Source: an uncultured Candidatus Saccharibacteria bacterium (lineage in GTDB: Bacteria > Patescibacteriota > Minisyncoccia > Phycocordibacterales > CAIRYW01). From it: a stretch of 60,547 bases of DNA. The notes under the pieces are model-generated. The model saw only the letters and a program-made list of their open reading frames with translations, did not search any database and was not told the origin of the DNA. Each line of letters begins with the position of its first letter. The first letter of the stretch is position 1. Both the position numbers and the translations under genes were made by a program. The DNA lies in NCBI GenBank assembly GCA_964487135.1, contig CAZAOU010000003.1, forward strand, positions 1 through 60,547. The letters run 5' to 3'. This document shows, piece after piece, positions 1-10,322 of the stretch.

Positions 1-801
1 CAGATATGCTTCCATCATTTTTTCTTCATTAGTATAAAATTTTATATATATTTCTTTTATGAATGGTAATCCAAGGGCGTATTGTTCAAAAGGAACTAAC
101 AGATAGTATTCTGGCAGTCCATTTTTTTGTCTTTTTACCTCTTTTATTTTATATGGACCAGAACCAATGGGTGAATAGTTAAGTTCGCTTAGAGGAAATG
201 CTTCAGAATCAACATCTTTCCAAATATGTTCCGGAAGAATCCCTAGAGTAAGATTTTCCATAAAAGGGGAGTAGGGTTTTTTGAGTATAAACTGAATAGT
301 CTTTTGATCGATGGCCGAAACAGTAATTCCTTCCCAGTTTGCCTCTTTTGGACTTTTTAGTGCCGGATCAACGGCCTTTTTTATAGTAAATTCAATATCT
401 TTTGCTAAAACCGGTGTTCCGTCATGAAAAGTTGCTTTATCTTTTATGTGTACTGTGTAAGTTAATCCATCTTCTGATATTTCATAATTTTTTGCTAGAT
501 CAGGAACGAGTGTTCCGTCAGAAGATGCTCTAAATAATCCAGAATAAACTAGTGTTGATATATCCCTACCGCTATCTGTTATTGATAATAGTGGATTTAT
601 ATATCTAGGATAACCGACAACGCCCTCAGTAAAACTACCTCCTGACGTTGGAATTTCACTTGAGATATATGAACTTAATTTAGACAGAATATAGCCAAAG
701 CTCAGAATAGCTATAAAAAGAAAACAAAAGAATATTGTTTTTTCTGTAAGGCCCAAAGACCTAAATGTATTAAGGAACTTTTTCTTAATATAGTCTTTCA
801 A
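1..801 (-). CDS. Peptide/oligopeptide ABC transporter substrate-binding protein (family 5), 3'-truncated by the window edge
   Basis: Manual translation from TTG at 801: N-terminal TM, then GGSFTEGVVGYPRYINPLL...LVYSGLLRA...ISEDGLTYT...FHDGTPV and PIGSGPYKI, typical of OppA/DppA-like proteins. Confidence 0.85.
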   Translation of the reverse strand, partial: MKDYIKKKFLNTFRSLGLTEKTIFFCFLFIAILSFGYILSKLSSYISSEIPTSGGSFTEGVVGYPRYINPLLSITDSGRDISTLVYSGLFRASSDGTLVPDLAKNYEISEDGLTYTVHIKDKATFHDGTPVLAKDIEFTIKKAVDPALKSPKEANWEGITVSAIDQKTIQFILKKPYSPFMENLTLGILPEHIWKDVDSEAFPLSELNYSPIGSGPYKIKEVKRQKNGLPEYYLLVPFEQYALGLPFIKEIYIKFYTNEEKMMEAYL

Positions 802-828
802 GATAGTAAGGTTCTAAAGGTTGAGTGG

Positions 829-1062
829 TTATCTTATAAGGAGTGCTACAAATGATGTTGCGGCAAATAGAACTGCAACAATAATAGTTATTATAAATAT
901 TACATTTTCCGCACCTCTTCTTGTGTGAAAAGAATTACTCCAGTTGTCGCTTTGTCCAAAAGCACCACCAGAACTTGCATCAGAATGTTGCATTAAAACA
1001 AGAACAATTAGAATTACTGACAATACTATCTGCGCATAAGGAAGAATGTAACTATAGTCCAT
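829..1062 (-). CDS. secG: Preprotein translocase subunit SecG
   Basis: Two TM helices with VLMQH..SSGGAFG..FHTRRGAE; ATG at 1062 preferred over the ORF-track start 1092. Confidence 0.9.
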   Translation of the reverse strand: MDYSYILPYAQIVLSVILIVLVLMQHSDASSGGAFGQSDNWSNSFHTRRGAENVIFIITIIVAVLFAATSFVALLIR

Positions 1063-1150
1063 AAATTTATCTTTTGTAGTTAACTCCCTCAATGCTGGCT
1101 AAAAATCAATTCAGCACATCTATATTTCAGGAGAAAATAATAACAGTAGT

Positions 1151-1178
1151 ATTATAGCATATCTGTAGTTCATTTCAA
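1151..1178 (-). promoter_or_regulatory. Sigma70-type promoter for secG
   Basis: TTGAAA-16nt-TATAAT with TGn extension on the minus strand, directly abutting repeat element A. Confidence 0.65.
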
Positions 1179-1291
1179 GGGGGCTTCAGAAAACAGGTTT
1201 TAAAGAATACGGATATCCGCTTGCTAGCGGATTCCTCGAGCTCGCCTCGGCCAGGCTCGCTAGTTTCTTTAAAACTTGTTTTCTTTCGCTA
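1179..1291 (-). repeat. Structured intergenic element, copy A
   Basis: TAGCGAA start, ~20-bp terminal stem, hairpins gcct-GGCCG-aggc and atccgct-AGCA-agcggat, GAAGCCCCC end. Confidence 0.8.
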
Positions 1292-1315
1292 ATATGTAAG
1301 ATATTATTTACTTTT

Positions 1316-1430
1316 TCAGCGGAGGAAATAACCTTTAAAAAGACTTCTGAGCATTGACCGAATGCGAAGGAAACAATTTTATAGCAATAAAATTGTGTGT
1401 CTTTTGAAAGGCTATTTCCGTAGCGCCCCC
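1316..1430 (+). repeat. Structured intergenic element, copy C
   Basis: CAGCGGA start, 21-bp stem ggaaataacctttaaaaagac/gtcttttgaaaggctatttcc, hairpins gcatt-GACCG-aatgc and aattttat-AGCA-ataaaatt, GTAGCGCCCCC end. Confidence 0.8.
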
Positions 1431-1458
1431 TTGAAATGGAGTTTAATCTTGATAGAAT
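1431..1458 (+). promoter_or_regulatory. Sigma70-type promoter for groESL
   Basis: TTGAAA-16nt-TAGAAT with TGn extension, directly abutting element C. Confidence 0.65.
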
Positions 1459-1506
1459 TCCAGTGCCTTTTAATAGGCACTTTAGTAGCTTAATTATTCT
1501 AGAAAT

Positions 1507-1839
1507 ATGTCTAAGTCAAAGAAAACATCAAAAAAGGCAAGTATAATTCCTTTAAGTGATAAAGTTTTAATAAAACCACTTTCATTAGAGGAAATAGAAA
1601 AAAAATCATTATCGGGAATTATTATTCCAGACACAATCTCTAAAGAAAAACCAGAACAAGGTATTGTTGTGGCTACTGGTGCTGGCAAATGGAATGAAGA
1701 TGGAGATAAAAGAATCCCTGTTTCTGTTAAGGTTGGAGATAGGGTTGTTTTTTCAAAATACGGATATGACGAAGTAAAACTCAATGACGAAGAATTTTAC
1801 CTTTTAAGCGAGTCGAGCATTCTTGCTGTCATTAAGTAA
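1507..1839 (+). CDS. groES: Co-chaperonin GroES
   Basis: IIPLSDKVLI..SGIIIPDT..KEKP..G.VVA.G.G..VKVGDRVVFSKYG. Confidence 0.97.
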   Translation: MSKSKKTSKKASIIPLSDKVLIKPLSLEEIEKKSLSGIIIPDTISKEKPEQGIVVATGAGKWNEDGDKRIPVSVKVGDRVVFSKYGYDEVKLNDEEFYLLSESSILAVIK

Positions 1840-1865
1840 TTTTTCTAGCAACTATTAAACTATAA

Positions 1866-3527
<1,662 letters not shown>

Positions 3528-3567
3528 AGAGCTTTTAGCTGATAGCTATTAGGAAAATACAAACACA

Positions 3568-3598
3568 AAAGCCGGCGAGGTTTAACCTCGCCGGCTTT
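3568..3598 (+). terminator. Hairpin terminator after groEL
   Basis: aaagccggcgagg-tttaa-cctcgccggcttt perfect stem. Confidence 0.75.
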
Positions 3599-3681
3599 GA
3601 ATTTTTGTGTTAGTTTAGGAAAGAATCGAGCCTAAAGTGGGCTTGAAAAACTACAACAGAAATCCAGCACAATAAAACAAA

Positions 3682-4377
3682 ATGAGAAAAAATCCTATCT
3701 TCGTCGCTCTCGACGTCGAGCCCTTGCGAGCTGTCGACCTTATCGATCAACTCCATGATCTGGGTGTTGGCTTCAAGGTTGGCACTGCAACGGGTATTCA
3801 ACATCAAGCGACAATCGTCAAAAACGCTAAACTTCGGGGAGCACCTGTTTTTCTCGATTGCAAGTGGGCAAATACGCCTGATGTGGTTGCAGCGGCGGTT
3901 CGTGAAGCGGTCGAAATGGGAATCGATCTCTGCAATGTGATGATTGGAGACAATGGCCCTGAATCAATCAAGTCTGCCGTCGAGGCGGCACGAGGAAGCC
4001 AGACGCAAGTCATTGGTGTGACGGTCCTCACGACGCGTGACAAACATTCACTTCAAGCCACCGGAGTTGAAGTCGATGATGTGTCGGCTCAGGTCATGCT
4101 TCTTGCCAATTTGGCCAATCGGATGGGGTTGCACGGCGTCGTTGCGAGTGCACAGGAAGTGAAAACTCTGCGTGCTCATTTGGGCCGAGGTTTTCGCCTC
4201 ACCATTCCCGGGATTACATTCGGAGGCACCACCGGCAGTGATCAGAAACGAACTGGCACACCGAGACAAGCATTGGATGATGGTGCAACCGATCTCGTGA
4301 TCGGGTCGGCTATTTACAAATCTGCTGATCCGCGTGCGACGACCGAAGCGATTATCGAGTCGCTTGAGCTCAGTTAG
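3682..4377 (+). CDS. pyrF: Orotidine-5'-phosphate decarboxylase-like protein (divergent, GC-rich)
   Basis: IFVALD, FKVG, FLDCKWANTPD, PGI..SDQKR..TP..A...GA..LVIG; several catalytic positions altered. Confidence 0.75.
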   Translation: MRKNPIFVALDVEPLRAVDLIDQLHDLGVGFKVGTATGIQHQATIVKNAKLRGAPVFLDCKWANTPDVVAAAVREAVEMGIDLCNVMIGDNGPESIKSAVEAARGSQTQVIGVTVLTTRDKHSLQATGVEVDDVSAQVMLLANLANRMGLHGVVASAQEVKTLRAHLGRGFRLTIPGITFGGTTGSDQKRTGTPRQALDDGATDLVIGSAIYKSADPRATTEAIIESLELS

Positions 4378-4531
4378 AGCGGGCACTGAATTACCGGTAA
4401 AGTTCTTACGGCGCGCGAAACTATTCGCGCAATTTTTATAATTGAATTTTAAAATATATAAGGTAGAGTTGTTTAGGTTGCCCGTTTGGGTGAGGTTGGT
4501 TTTGGTTCACATTCAAAAAAACACACCACAC

Positions 4532-5314
4532 ATGACAAAAAAAGCTAGTGCACTTCGGCCGATCAATGAGGTCTGGAGTTTCTTTGAAATCCTCAAGGCC
4601 TTAAACGGTCTTCTCATCAGACCACGCAATCCGGATGGATCATGGGATGGTCCGCTTTTCGGTTACGCGGCAACGGCTCCCGACGGCAAAAACTTCGTCG
4701 GTAACGTCTATGCCGACTGTTCCGTCATCGAAGAGTCGCTCCATGCTATGACACTTCTCGCGCGTCGATTGCTTGCTCTGCTCGGCGATCGCATCGATTC
4801 GATTGATGCTTTCTTGGGTATGCCGATGGGAGGTCTTGCTTTGGCACAGGAACTCGCACGTCTTAGCGACCGAATCTATCTCTTTCCCGAGAAGAATGTG
4901 TTGGTTGCCAAAACCCCCACTTCTCGCGAGCAGGCAGATCTCGCTTTTGGTCGCCACCGCGTCGAACCTGGCATGAACTGCGTTCTGGTTGAGGACGTGG
5001 TCAATAATGTCAGCACGACCGGACGAGCGATTACGAAAGTTCAGGAGCAAGGTGGAATAGTTCTCGCGATCGTCTGCATGCTGAATCGGTCGCTTATCGT
5101 GGAGACTTCGTATCACCATGAGCCGTCAGGGTTCAACATTCCGATTATTGCCCTTGAGCGTCGGCAGATCGAAGAGTTCCAGCAAAGCGATGCGGAAGTT
5201 GCTACGGATATCGCTGCGGGAAATCTTTTTCCGAAGCCCAAAGACAATCGAGCAGACATTCTGCGCATCATGCGCGAAGCTGGCCCTGACTCGACTTCCT
5301 GGTTTCGGCTCTAA
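4532..5314 (+). CDS. Orotate phosphoribosyltransferase-like type I PRTase (divergent, GC-rich)
   Basis: GMPMGGLALA and VLVEDVVNNVSTT (PRPP-loop-like); follows pyrF; ATG at 4532 preferred over 4442. Confidence 0.7.
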   Translation: MTKKASALRPINEVWSFFEILKALNGLLIRPRNPDGSWDGPLFGYAATAPDGKNFVGNVYADCSVIEESLHAMTLLARRLLALLGDRIDSIDAFLGMPMGGLALAQELARLSDRIYLFPEKNVLVAKTPTSREQADLAFGRHRVEPGMNCVLVEDVVNNVSTTGRAITKVQEQGGIVLAIVCMLNRSLIVETSYHHEPSGFNIPIIALERRQIEEFQQSDAEVATDIAAGNLFPKPKDNRADILRIMREAGPDSTSWFRL

Positions 5315-5436
5315 AGAGCTCTTTCGTCATCATCGCGGGCATAAAGCTCGCAATTTTTATATTCAAATCATATCCATGCTATAATTTAGGGGTCGGAATT
5401 CTCTAAAATATTAACTAAAAAATTTAAACTAATTTT

Positions 5437-5994
5437 ATGTCACCTCTAATTATTACTCTAATTGTTCTCGCCGTTCTTGTTGTCATAATTATTGGAATGT
5501 ATAACCGTTTTGTTTCTTTGGTAAATCGAACAAAAGAAGCATGGTCAGATATTGAGGTTCAACTAAAACGTCGTTACGACTTAATTCCAAATCTTGTGAA
5601 TTCTGTTAAAGGTTATGCAACTCATGAATCTGGAACTTTTGACAAAGTAACACAAGCAAGAAGCCAAGCAATGCAAGCTGGAAATCCTCACGACAAAGGC
5701 GAGGCAGAAAATATGCTTAGCGGAGCTTTGAAAAGTTTATTTGCTGTTGCAGAGGCGTATCCAGATCTAAAAGCGAATACAAACTTTCTTGAACTTCAGA
5801 GAGAGCTTTCTGATACAGAAAATAAAATTCAAGCAGCGCGAAGATTTTATAACGGCAATGTTCGCGATCTAAACATATCTGTAGAATCTTTCCCAAACAA
5901 TATCATTGCTAAATCTTTTGGTTTTTCAAAAATGGAATTGTTTGATCTACCAGACGGTTCCGATGCTCAAAACCCTGTTGAAGTTAAGTTCTAA
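5437..5994 (+). CDS. lemA: LemA family protein
   Basis: N-terminal TM, YN.FV..N..EAWSDIEVQLKRRYDLIPNLV, EAYPDLKAN..F..LQ, AARRFYN. Confidence 0.95.
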   Translation: MSPLIITLIVLAVLVVIIIGMYNRFVSLVNRTKEAWSDIEVQLKRRYDLIPNLVNSVKGYATHESGTFDKVTQARSQAMQAGNPHDKGEAENMLSGALKSLFAVAEAYPDLKANTNFLELQRELSDTENKIQAARRFYNGNVRDLNISVESFPNNIIAKSFGFSKMELFDLPDGSDAQNPVEVKF

Positions 5995-6036
5995 TTTAAA
6001 GCTCACGGCTAGAAGCTAATAGCTATCAGCTTTATT

Positions 6037-6945
6037 ATGGCAACACTTTATACACATCAATCAAGTAATATTTGGAAAACGTATCTCCTTATGTCTGTGT
6101 TTTTTGGATTTGTTGTTTTAATTGGTTGGTGGGTAAGTTATTACAACAATAATCCGTCAATATTATTTTTTGCAGTTATTTTTAGTGTTGTGATGAATAT
6201 TGGAAGTTATTGGTTTTCTGACAAAATCGCGCTTTCGGTTTCTGGTGCAAAAAAAATAGAAATGAAAGATAATCCCGAGCTTTGGAGAATCACAGAAAAT
6301 ATTGCAATTACAGCAGGTCTTCCAATGCCTTCACTTCATATAATAGAGGATTCGTCTCCAAACGCTTTTGCAACAGGTCGTGATAAAAATCATGCAGCTA
6401 TCGCTGTTACTACCGGTCTTTTAGAAAGGTTGGATCGCTCAGAGCTTGAGGGTGTTTTGGCTCACGAGTTCGCTCACATTGGCAATCGCGACATACTTCT
6501 TATGAGTGTAATTGCTGTGCTTGTTGGTTTGATTCAAATTTTGGCTGATTGGATTATCAGAATTTCTCTTCATAGCGATAACGACAACAAACATCCCGTA
6601 TTTGTTGTTTTGGGTTTTGTTCTTATGATTTTTTCTCCAATAATTGCTTTTATTATTCAGATGGCAATTTCTCGTAAGCGTGAATTTTTGGCAGACGCCA
6701 CCGGAGCTTTAATAACAAGGTATCCAGAAGGACTAGCTTCTGCTCTTGAAAAAATTTCTGATTATCACGGACCACTTCAAAAAGCTAACAAAGGAACTGC
6801 CCATCTATTTATTTCTAGTCCTTTTGGTGGAGATCAAGATGGTGATGGTATTCCAGATAAAAAACAAAAAAGAAGTTTTATCGCAAAGCTATTTTTGACA
6901 CATCCACCTGTAGAGGAGAGAATTAAGGCATTAAGAAATAATTAA
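6037..6945 (+). CDS. htpX: M48 zinc metalloprotease HtpX
   Basis: PNAFATG, ELEGVLAHEFAHI (HExxH), SRKREFLADA, THPPVEERI; adjacent to lemA. Confidence 0.93.
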   Translation: MATLYTHQSSNIWKTYLLMSVFFGFVVLIGWWVSYYNNNPSILFFAVIFSVVMNIGSYWFSDKIALSVSGAKKIEMKDNPELWRITENIAITAGLPMPSLHIIEDSSPNAFATGRDKNHAAIAVTTGLLERLDRSELEGVLAHEFAHIGNRDILLMSVIAVLVGLIQILADWIIRISLHSDNDNKHPVFVVLGFVLMIFSPIIAFIIQMAISRKREFLADATGALITRYPEGLASALEKISDYHGPLQKANKGTAHLFISSPFGGDQDGDGIPDKKQKRSFIAKLFLTHPPVEERIKALRNN

Positions 6946-6951
6946 AATATT

Positions 6952-7767
6952 ATGTTTCAAACAATTAAAAGAAGTTTTTTGGATCGTGAGTTTTATAATG
7001 AAATAAGTAATTTTTCTTACGGTCAGTCTGTAAAATTTTTTCTAAAAGTTGCGATTATTATTTCTCTTGTTCTCGGAATTATTTCTGGTATTACTGCGGG
7101 CTTTTCCTTTAAGTTTATTTCTGAGATGGCAGGTAAAAAAGTTCTTTCCTCTTTTCCTGAAGATTTGGTAATAACGATTAAAGATAAAAAGGTAAGCATG
7201 AATAAGAGTGAACCACTAGTTATACCTTTTGAAAAAGAGGTAACTATTAAAGAAGGTCTGACTTTTAAAAATATTTTAGTTGTAGATACTAATGCGCAAA
7301 ATTCAATAGATTCATACAAAAATTCTCAAGCGTTTTTTGTTGTTTCTAGTACTCATATCGCTTATACAGATGGTGATGGTCAAGTTGTTTTTACTCCTGT
7401 TTTAGCTGATATGGTTGTTAACAAATCTACAATTAATAAAATATTGTCTTATTCAAAATATATTCCATTTATATCAATGCTTTTATTTATAACCCTGTTT
7501 TTCTTTAGGGGAATATTTGCACTTTGTTCACTTATAATTGTTGCTCTAATTCTTTATTTTGTCTTCAAAGTTATTGGTTCAAAAAGAACTTATAAAGAAA
7601 GTTTCATAATTAGCTTGTATGCTTCTCTATTGCCATTCGTTGTTACTAGTTTTTTGTTTATAGTGTTTATCTCTATTCCTTCTATTTTTGGCTTCGCAAC
7701 ACTAATTATTGCTCTTTGGATGACTCGTAAAGATTCATCTACTGCGCCAGTTTCTGTTTCTGAGTAA
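6952..7767 (+). CDS. Membrane protein, DUF1189-like
   Basis: One N-terminal TM, a soluble domain and three C-terminal TMs. Confidence 0.5.
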   Translation: MFQTIKRSFLDREFYNEISNFSYGQSVKFFLKVAIIISLVLGIISGITAGFSFKFISEMAGKKVLSSFPEDLVITIKDKKVSMNKSEPLVIPFEKEVTIKEGLTFKNILVVDTNAQNSIDSYKNSQAFFVVSSTHIAYTDGDGQVVFTPVLADMVVNKSTINKILSYSKYIPFISMLLFITLFFFRGIFALCSLIIVALILYFVFKVIGSKRTYKESFIISLYASLLPFVVTSFLFIVFISIPSIFGFATLIIALWMTRKDSSTAPVSVSE

Positions 7768-7796
7768 ATAAAAATGCTCCGCTAAGTGGCGGAACT

Positions 7797-8216
7797 TTAT
7801 GAAAGGACAACGAGACAGACCTCGTAGTTGTTTTCTCCTCCAAGGAGGAGGGCTCCACGGTGATGACCTCGAACCTCACGGAACTTTCTCGGGAGGATTA
7901 AGCCTTGAAGGATTATTCCTTGAGGCGTTACCTCGAACAGGTCGGCGCTGATGCCGGGGGTTTCATCAGAAAACTCCTCGAGTCTTACGCTGCCATTCAG
8001 CCAGAGTTCGTGATGTTGCTTGCCACCAGTGAGTCGAAATGCGTGAATGACGATCCCATTTTGATGGGAAAGAATTTCGACCCTGTCTTCTCCTCTTGCT
8101 CGGTAAGGGTTGCCGATGTCGATGATGCTTCCGGGTTTGGCTTGTTTCAGAACTCCTGCGAGGTCCTGAACGTTGCAGGTGATTGGGATTGCTTGGAGTA
8201 ACGGGAGGGTATTCAT
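7797..8216 (-). CDS. Hypothetical protein (GC-rich accessory gene)
   Basis: 139-aa ORF with upstream TTGACA..TAAAAT and a downstream hairpin plus T-run. Confidence 0.55.
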   Translation of the reverse strand: MNTLPLLQAIPITCNVQDLAGVLKQAKPGSIIDIGNPYRARGEDRVEILSHQNGIVIHAFRLTGGKQHHELWLNGSVRLEEFSDETPGISADLFEVTPQGIILQGLILPRKFREVRGHHRGALLLGGENNYEVCLVVLS

Positions 8217-8298
8217 ATGTTTGTTCTGATTTTATTATCAAGACTTTCTTTGTCAATCAGTTTTCAAATTTGATTTTTTTGCTAGTATTGAGCACACT

Positions 8299-8385
8299 GG
8301 AGGCGTCGCATAGCGGTCTAGTGCGCTGCCTTGGAAAGGCAGTAAGGGAGAAATTCCTTCGCGAGTTCAAATCTCGCCGCCTCCG
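8299..8385 (+). tRNA. tRNA-Ser(GGA)
   Basis: GGAGGCG/CGCCTCC acceptor, ctgcc-ttGGAaa-ggcag anticodon arm, long variable arm, GTTCAAATC. Confidence 0.95.
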
Positions 8386-8406
8386 AAATAAATTTTAATC
8401 AAAATC

Positions 8407-8997
8407 ATGCCAAAAATAGCAATTGATGAATTAAAAAAAGACCTGGAGGTAAAGCATTCTTTTGGAGGTGAGTCTTTTTCTTTTTCTACAACATGGGGCC
8501 TTTTTAGTCCAGAAAAAATAGATGAAGGCTCAATTCTTCTTATCAACTCTTTGCTTCAAGAAAAAGCAGATTCAATACTCGACATTGGTTGTGGATGTGG
8601 GGTAATAGGAATTGTTTTGGGAAAACTATTAAAGGCAAAAGAAGTTCATCTTATCGATAAAGATTTTGTTGCGGTAGAATATTCAAAAAAGAATGCGCAT
8701 AAAAATAATTTAGAAAATGTTCAGGTATATTTAAGTAATGGTTTCAGTAATGTGCCGGAGGGAAAACAGTTTGATCTTATTGTTTCAAACTTGCCTGCAA
8801 AAGTTAGTAAAGAATTTTTCTGGATTCTCTTTGAAGAGGTGAGACAACATTTAAAGATTGGTGGAAAATTTGTTGTAGTGACAATTGCTGGTTTGGAATA
8901 CTTCACAAAAAAGAATTTTGAGAAGGTTTTTGGAAACTACAATCTTGTTTCAAGTTCAAGGTCATATTTTGTGGCGGAAGCTATAAAAACAGAGTAA
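8407..8997 (+). CDS. Class I SAM methyltransferase, RsmC/MTS family
   Basis: GLFSPEKIDEGS..L, ILDIGCGCGVIG, FDLIVSNLP. Confidence 0.85.
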   Translation: MPKIAIDELKKDLEVKHSFGGESFSFSTTWGLFSPEKIDEGSILLINSLLQEKADSILDIGCGCGVIGIVLGKLLKAKEVHLIDKDFVAVEYSKKNAHKNNLENVQVYLSNGFSNVPEGKQFDLIVSNLPAKVSKEFFWILFEEVRQHLKIGGKFVVVTIAGLEYFTKKNFEKVFGNYNLVSSSRSYFVAEAIKTE

Positions 8998-9009
8998 AAT
9001 ATCTTAACA

Positions 9010-9624
9010 ATGTCAAAAACACTTATCGTTACAGCTCACCCTAGCTCTAAGGGACTTACTCATGGAATTGCAAATTCTGTTGCTGAAGCTAGAAGAGAAA
9101 AGGGGGTAGAGGTTGAAATTTTAGATCTATACAAAACCAATTTGAGACAAGATTTTTTTGCTTTTGAGGATATACATGTAATTCCAGCCGATCCTAATCG
9201 TGATGCTTTACAAAAAAAGATTGCAGAAGCAGACGAACTAATTTTTGTTCATCCTATATGGTGGCTTTCTATGCCTGCCATAATGAAGAATTTTATTGAT
9301 AACAATATTCAAGCTAGATTTGCATATAGATACATAGAAGGTAAGAGAGTTGGACTTCTAAAAGGAAAAACTGCTAGAGTTTATGTAACTTGTGATGCGC
9401 CAAAAATGCTCTATCTATTTTTAGCCGTTCCATATTTTACCGTGTGGGTTGCTGGAATTTTGGTTTTTTGCGGCGTAAAAGTAAATTCTTTTACAGTAAT
9501 AAGAAATAGAGGTTTTAAAGACGATGCTGAGAGAGCAGTTTATCTTAGTAAATTAAAGAAAAAATCTTTCAGAAAACATCTAGTTTTGAGGATATTTAAT
9601 TTCTTAGCGGATATAATTCAATAA
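9010..9624 (+). CDS. NAD(P)H-dependent oxidoreductase, flavodoxin-fold (MdaB/KefF-like)
   Basis: AHPSS..LTH.IA, ADELIFVHPIWW..MPAIMKNFID, GLLKGK. Confidence 0.85.
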   Translation: MSKTLIVTAHPSSKGLTHGIANSVAEARREKGVEVEILDLYKTNLRQDFFAFEDIHVIPADPNRDALQKKIAEADELIFVHPIWWLSMPAIMKNFIDNNIQARFAYRYIEGKRVGLLKGKTARVYVTCDAPKMLYLFLAVPYFTVWVAGILVFCGVKVNSFTVIRNRGFKDDAERAVYLSKLKKKSFRKHLVLRIFNFLADIIQ

Positions 9625-9634
9625 ATATAATATT

Positions 9635-9955
9635 ATGACTGGAAATCCAGAAGATGAATTTTTGCAGGGCAGAACTCTTGAAAGAGAGGCAATTTATCGT
9701 TTTTGTAAAGACTTTCTTGTTTTGGAAGAAAATGGAAAGCCGTGGATAGAATGTTTTGATAATCAGACACATCATCTTTTTCTAATGTTGGGTAGAGATA
9801 TTTCTCCAAATGTTAGAGTTATTTTAGATAAAATCGTTGAAAAAATTGGAGAGGTAAAACAACATCGCGGAAAAAAAGGAGATGATGCAACTGCTTTTGA
9901 GCGTCTGGAATTAACAAATCTTGTTGTGTCCATCGCACCATATTATGAAAACTGA
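9635..9955 (+). CDS. Hypothetical protein
   Basis: 106-aa ORF in operon-like spacing; no motif recognised. Confidence 0.55.
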   Translation: MTGNPEDEFLQGRTLEREAIYRFCKDFLVLEENGKPWIECFDNQTHHLFLMLGRDISPNVRVILDKIVEKIGEVKQHRGKKGDDATAFERLELTNLVVSIAPYYEN

Positions 9956-10322
9956 CGAAGAGTTAAAAAAAGAAAACCCCGAGCTTTACAAAGTTGCTCG
10001 TGAAAAAGGTACAGAAGCACCTTTTACAAGCAAATTATTGTATACAAAAGAAAATGGAACTTTTACTTGTGCTGTCTGCGGACAAGAATTATTTAAGTCT
10101 AATGCAAAGTTTGATTCTGGAACAGGTTGGCCTTCTTTTGATCAGGCAATTGAAGGAAGTGTTAAGGAATTGGAGGATAGGTCTCATGGAATGTTAAGAA
10201 CTGAAGTTGTTTGCTCAAAATGTAATTCACATTTAGGACATGTGTTTAATGACGGTCCAACAGATACTGGTCTTAGATATTGTATGAACGGGGTTTGTTT
10301 GGATTTGGAAAAAAATAAATGA
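9945..10322 (+). CDS. msrB: Peptide-methionine (R)-S-oxide reductase MsrB
   Basis: GTEAPFT, CAVCG, KFDSGTGWPSF, RTEVVCSKC.SHLGHVFNDGP..TGLRYCMNG; ATG at 9945. Confidence 0.96.
   Translation: MKTDEELKKENPELYKVAREKGTEAPFTSKLLYTKENGTFTCAVCGQELFKSNAKFDSGTGWPSFDQAIEGSVKELEDRSHGMLRTEVVCSKCNSHLGHVFNDGPTDTGLRYCMNGVCLDLEKNK

Noticed and set aside
1179-1430. Structured elements as integron attC sites
   Set aside because: No RYYYAAC/GTTRRRY core sites, not arranged one per cassette, and no integron integrase.
1420-1506. CIRCE or sigma32 control of groESL
   Set aside because: No TTAGCACTC-N9-GAGTGCTAA. CCCCCTTGAA resembles a sigma32 -35 but lacks a CCCCAT -10, and the same sequence faces secG.
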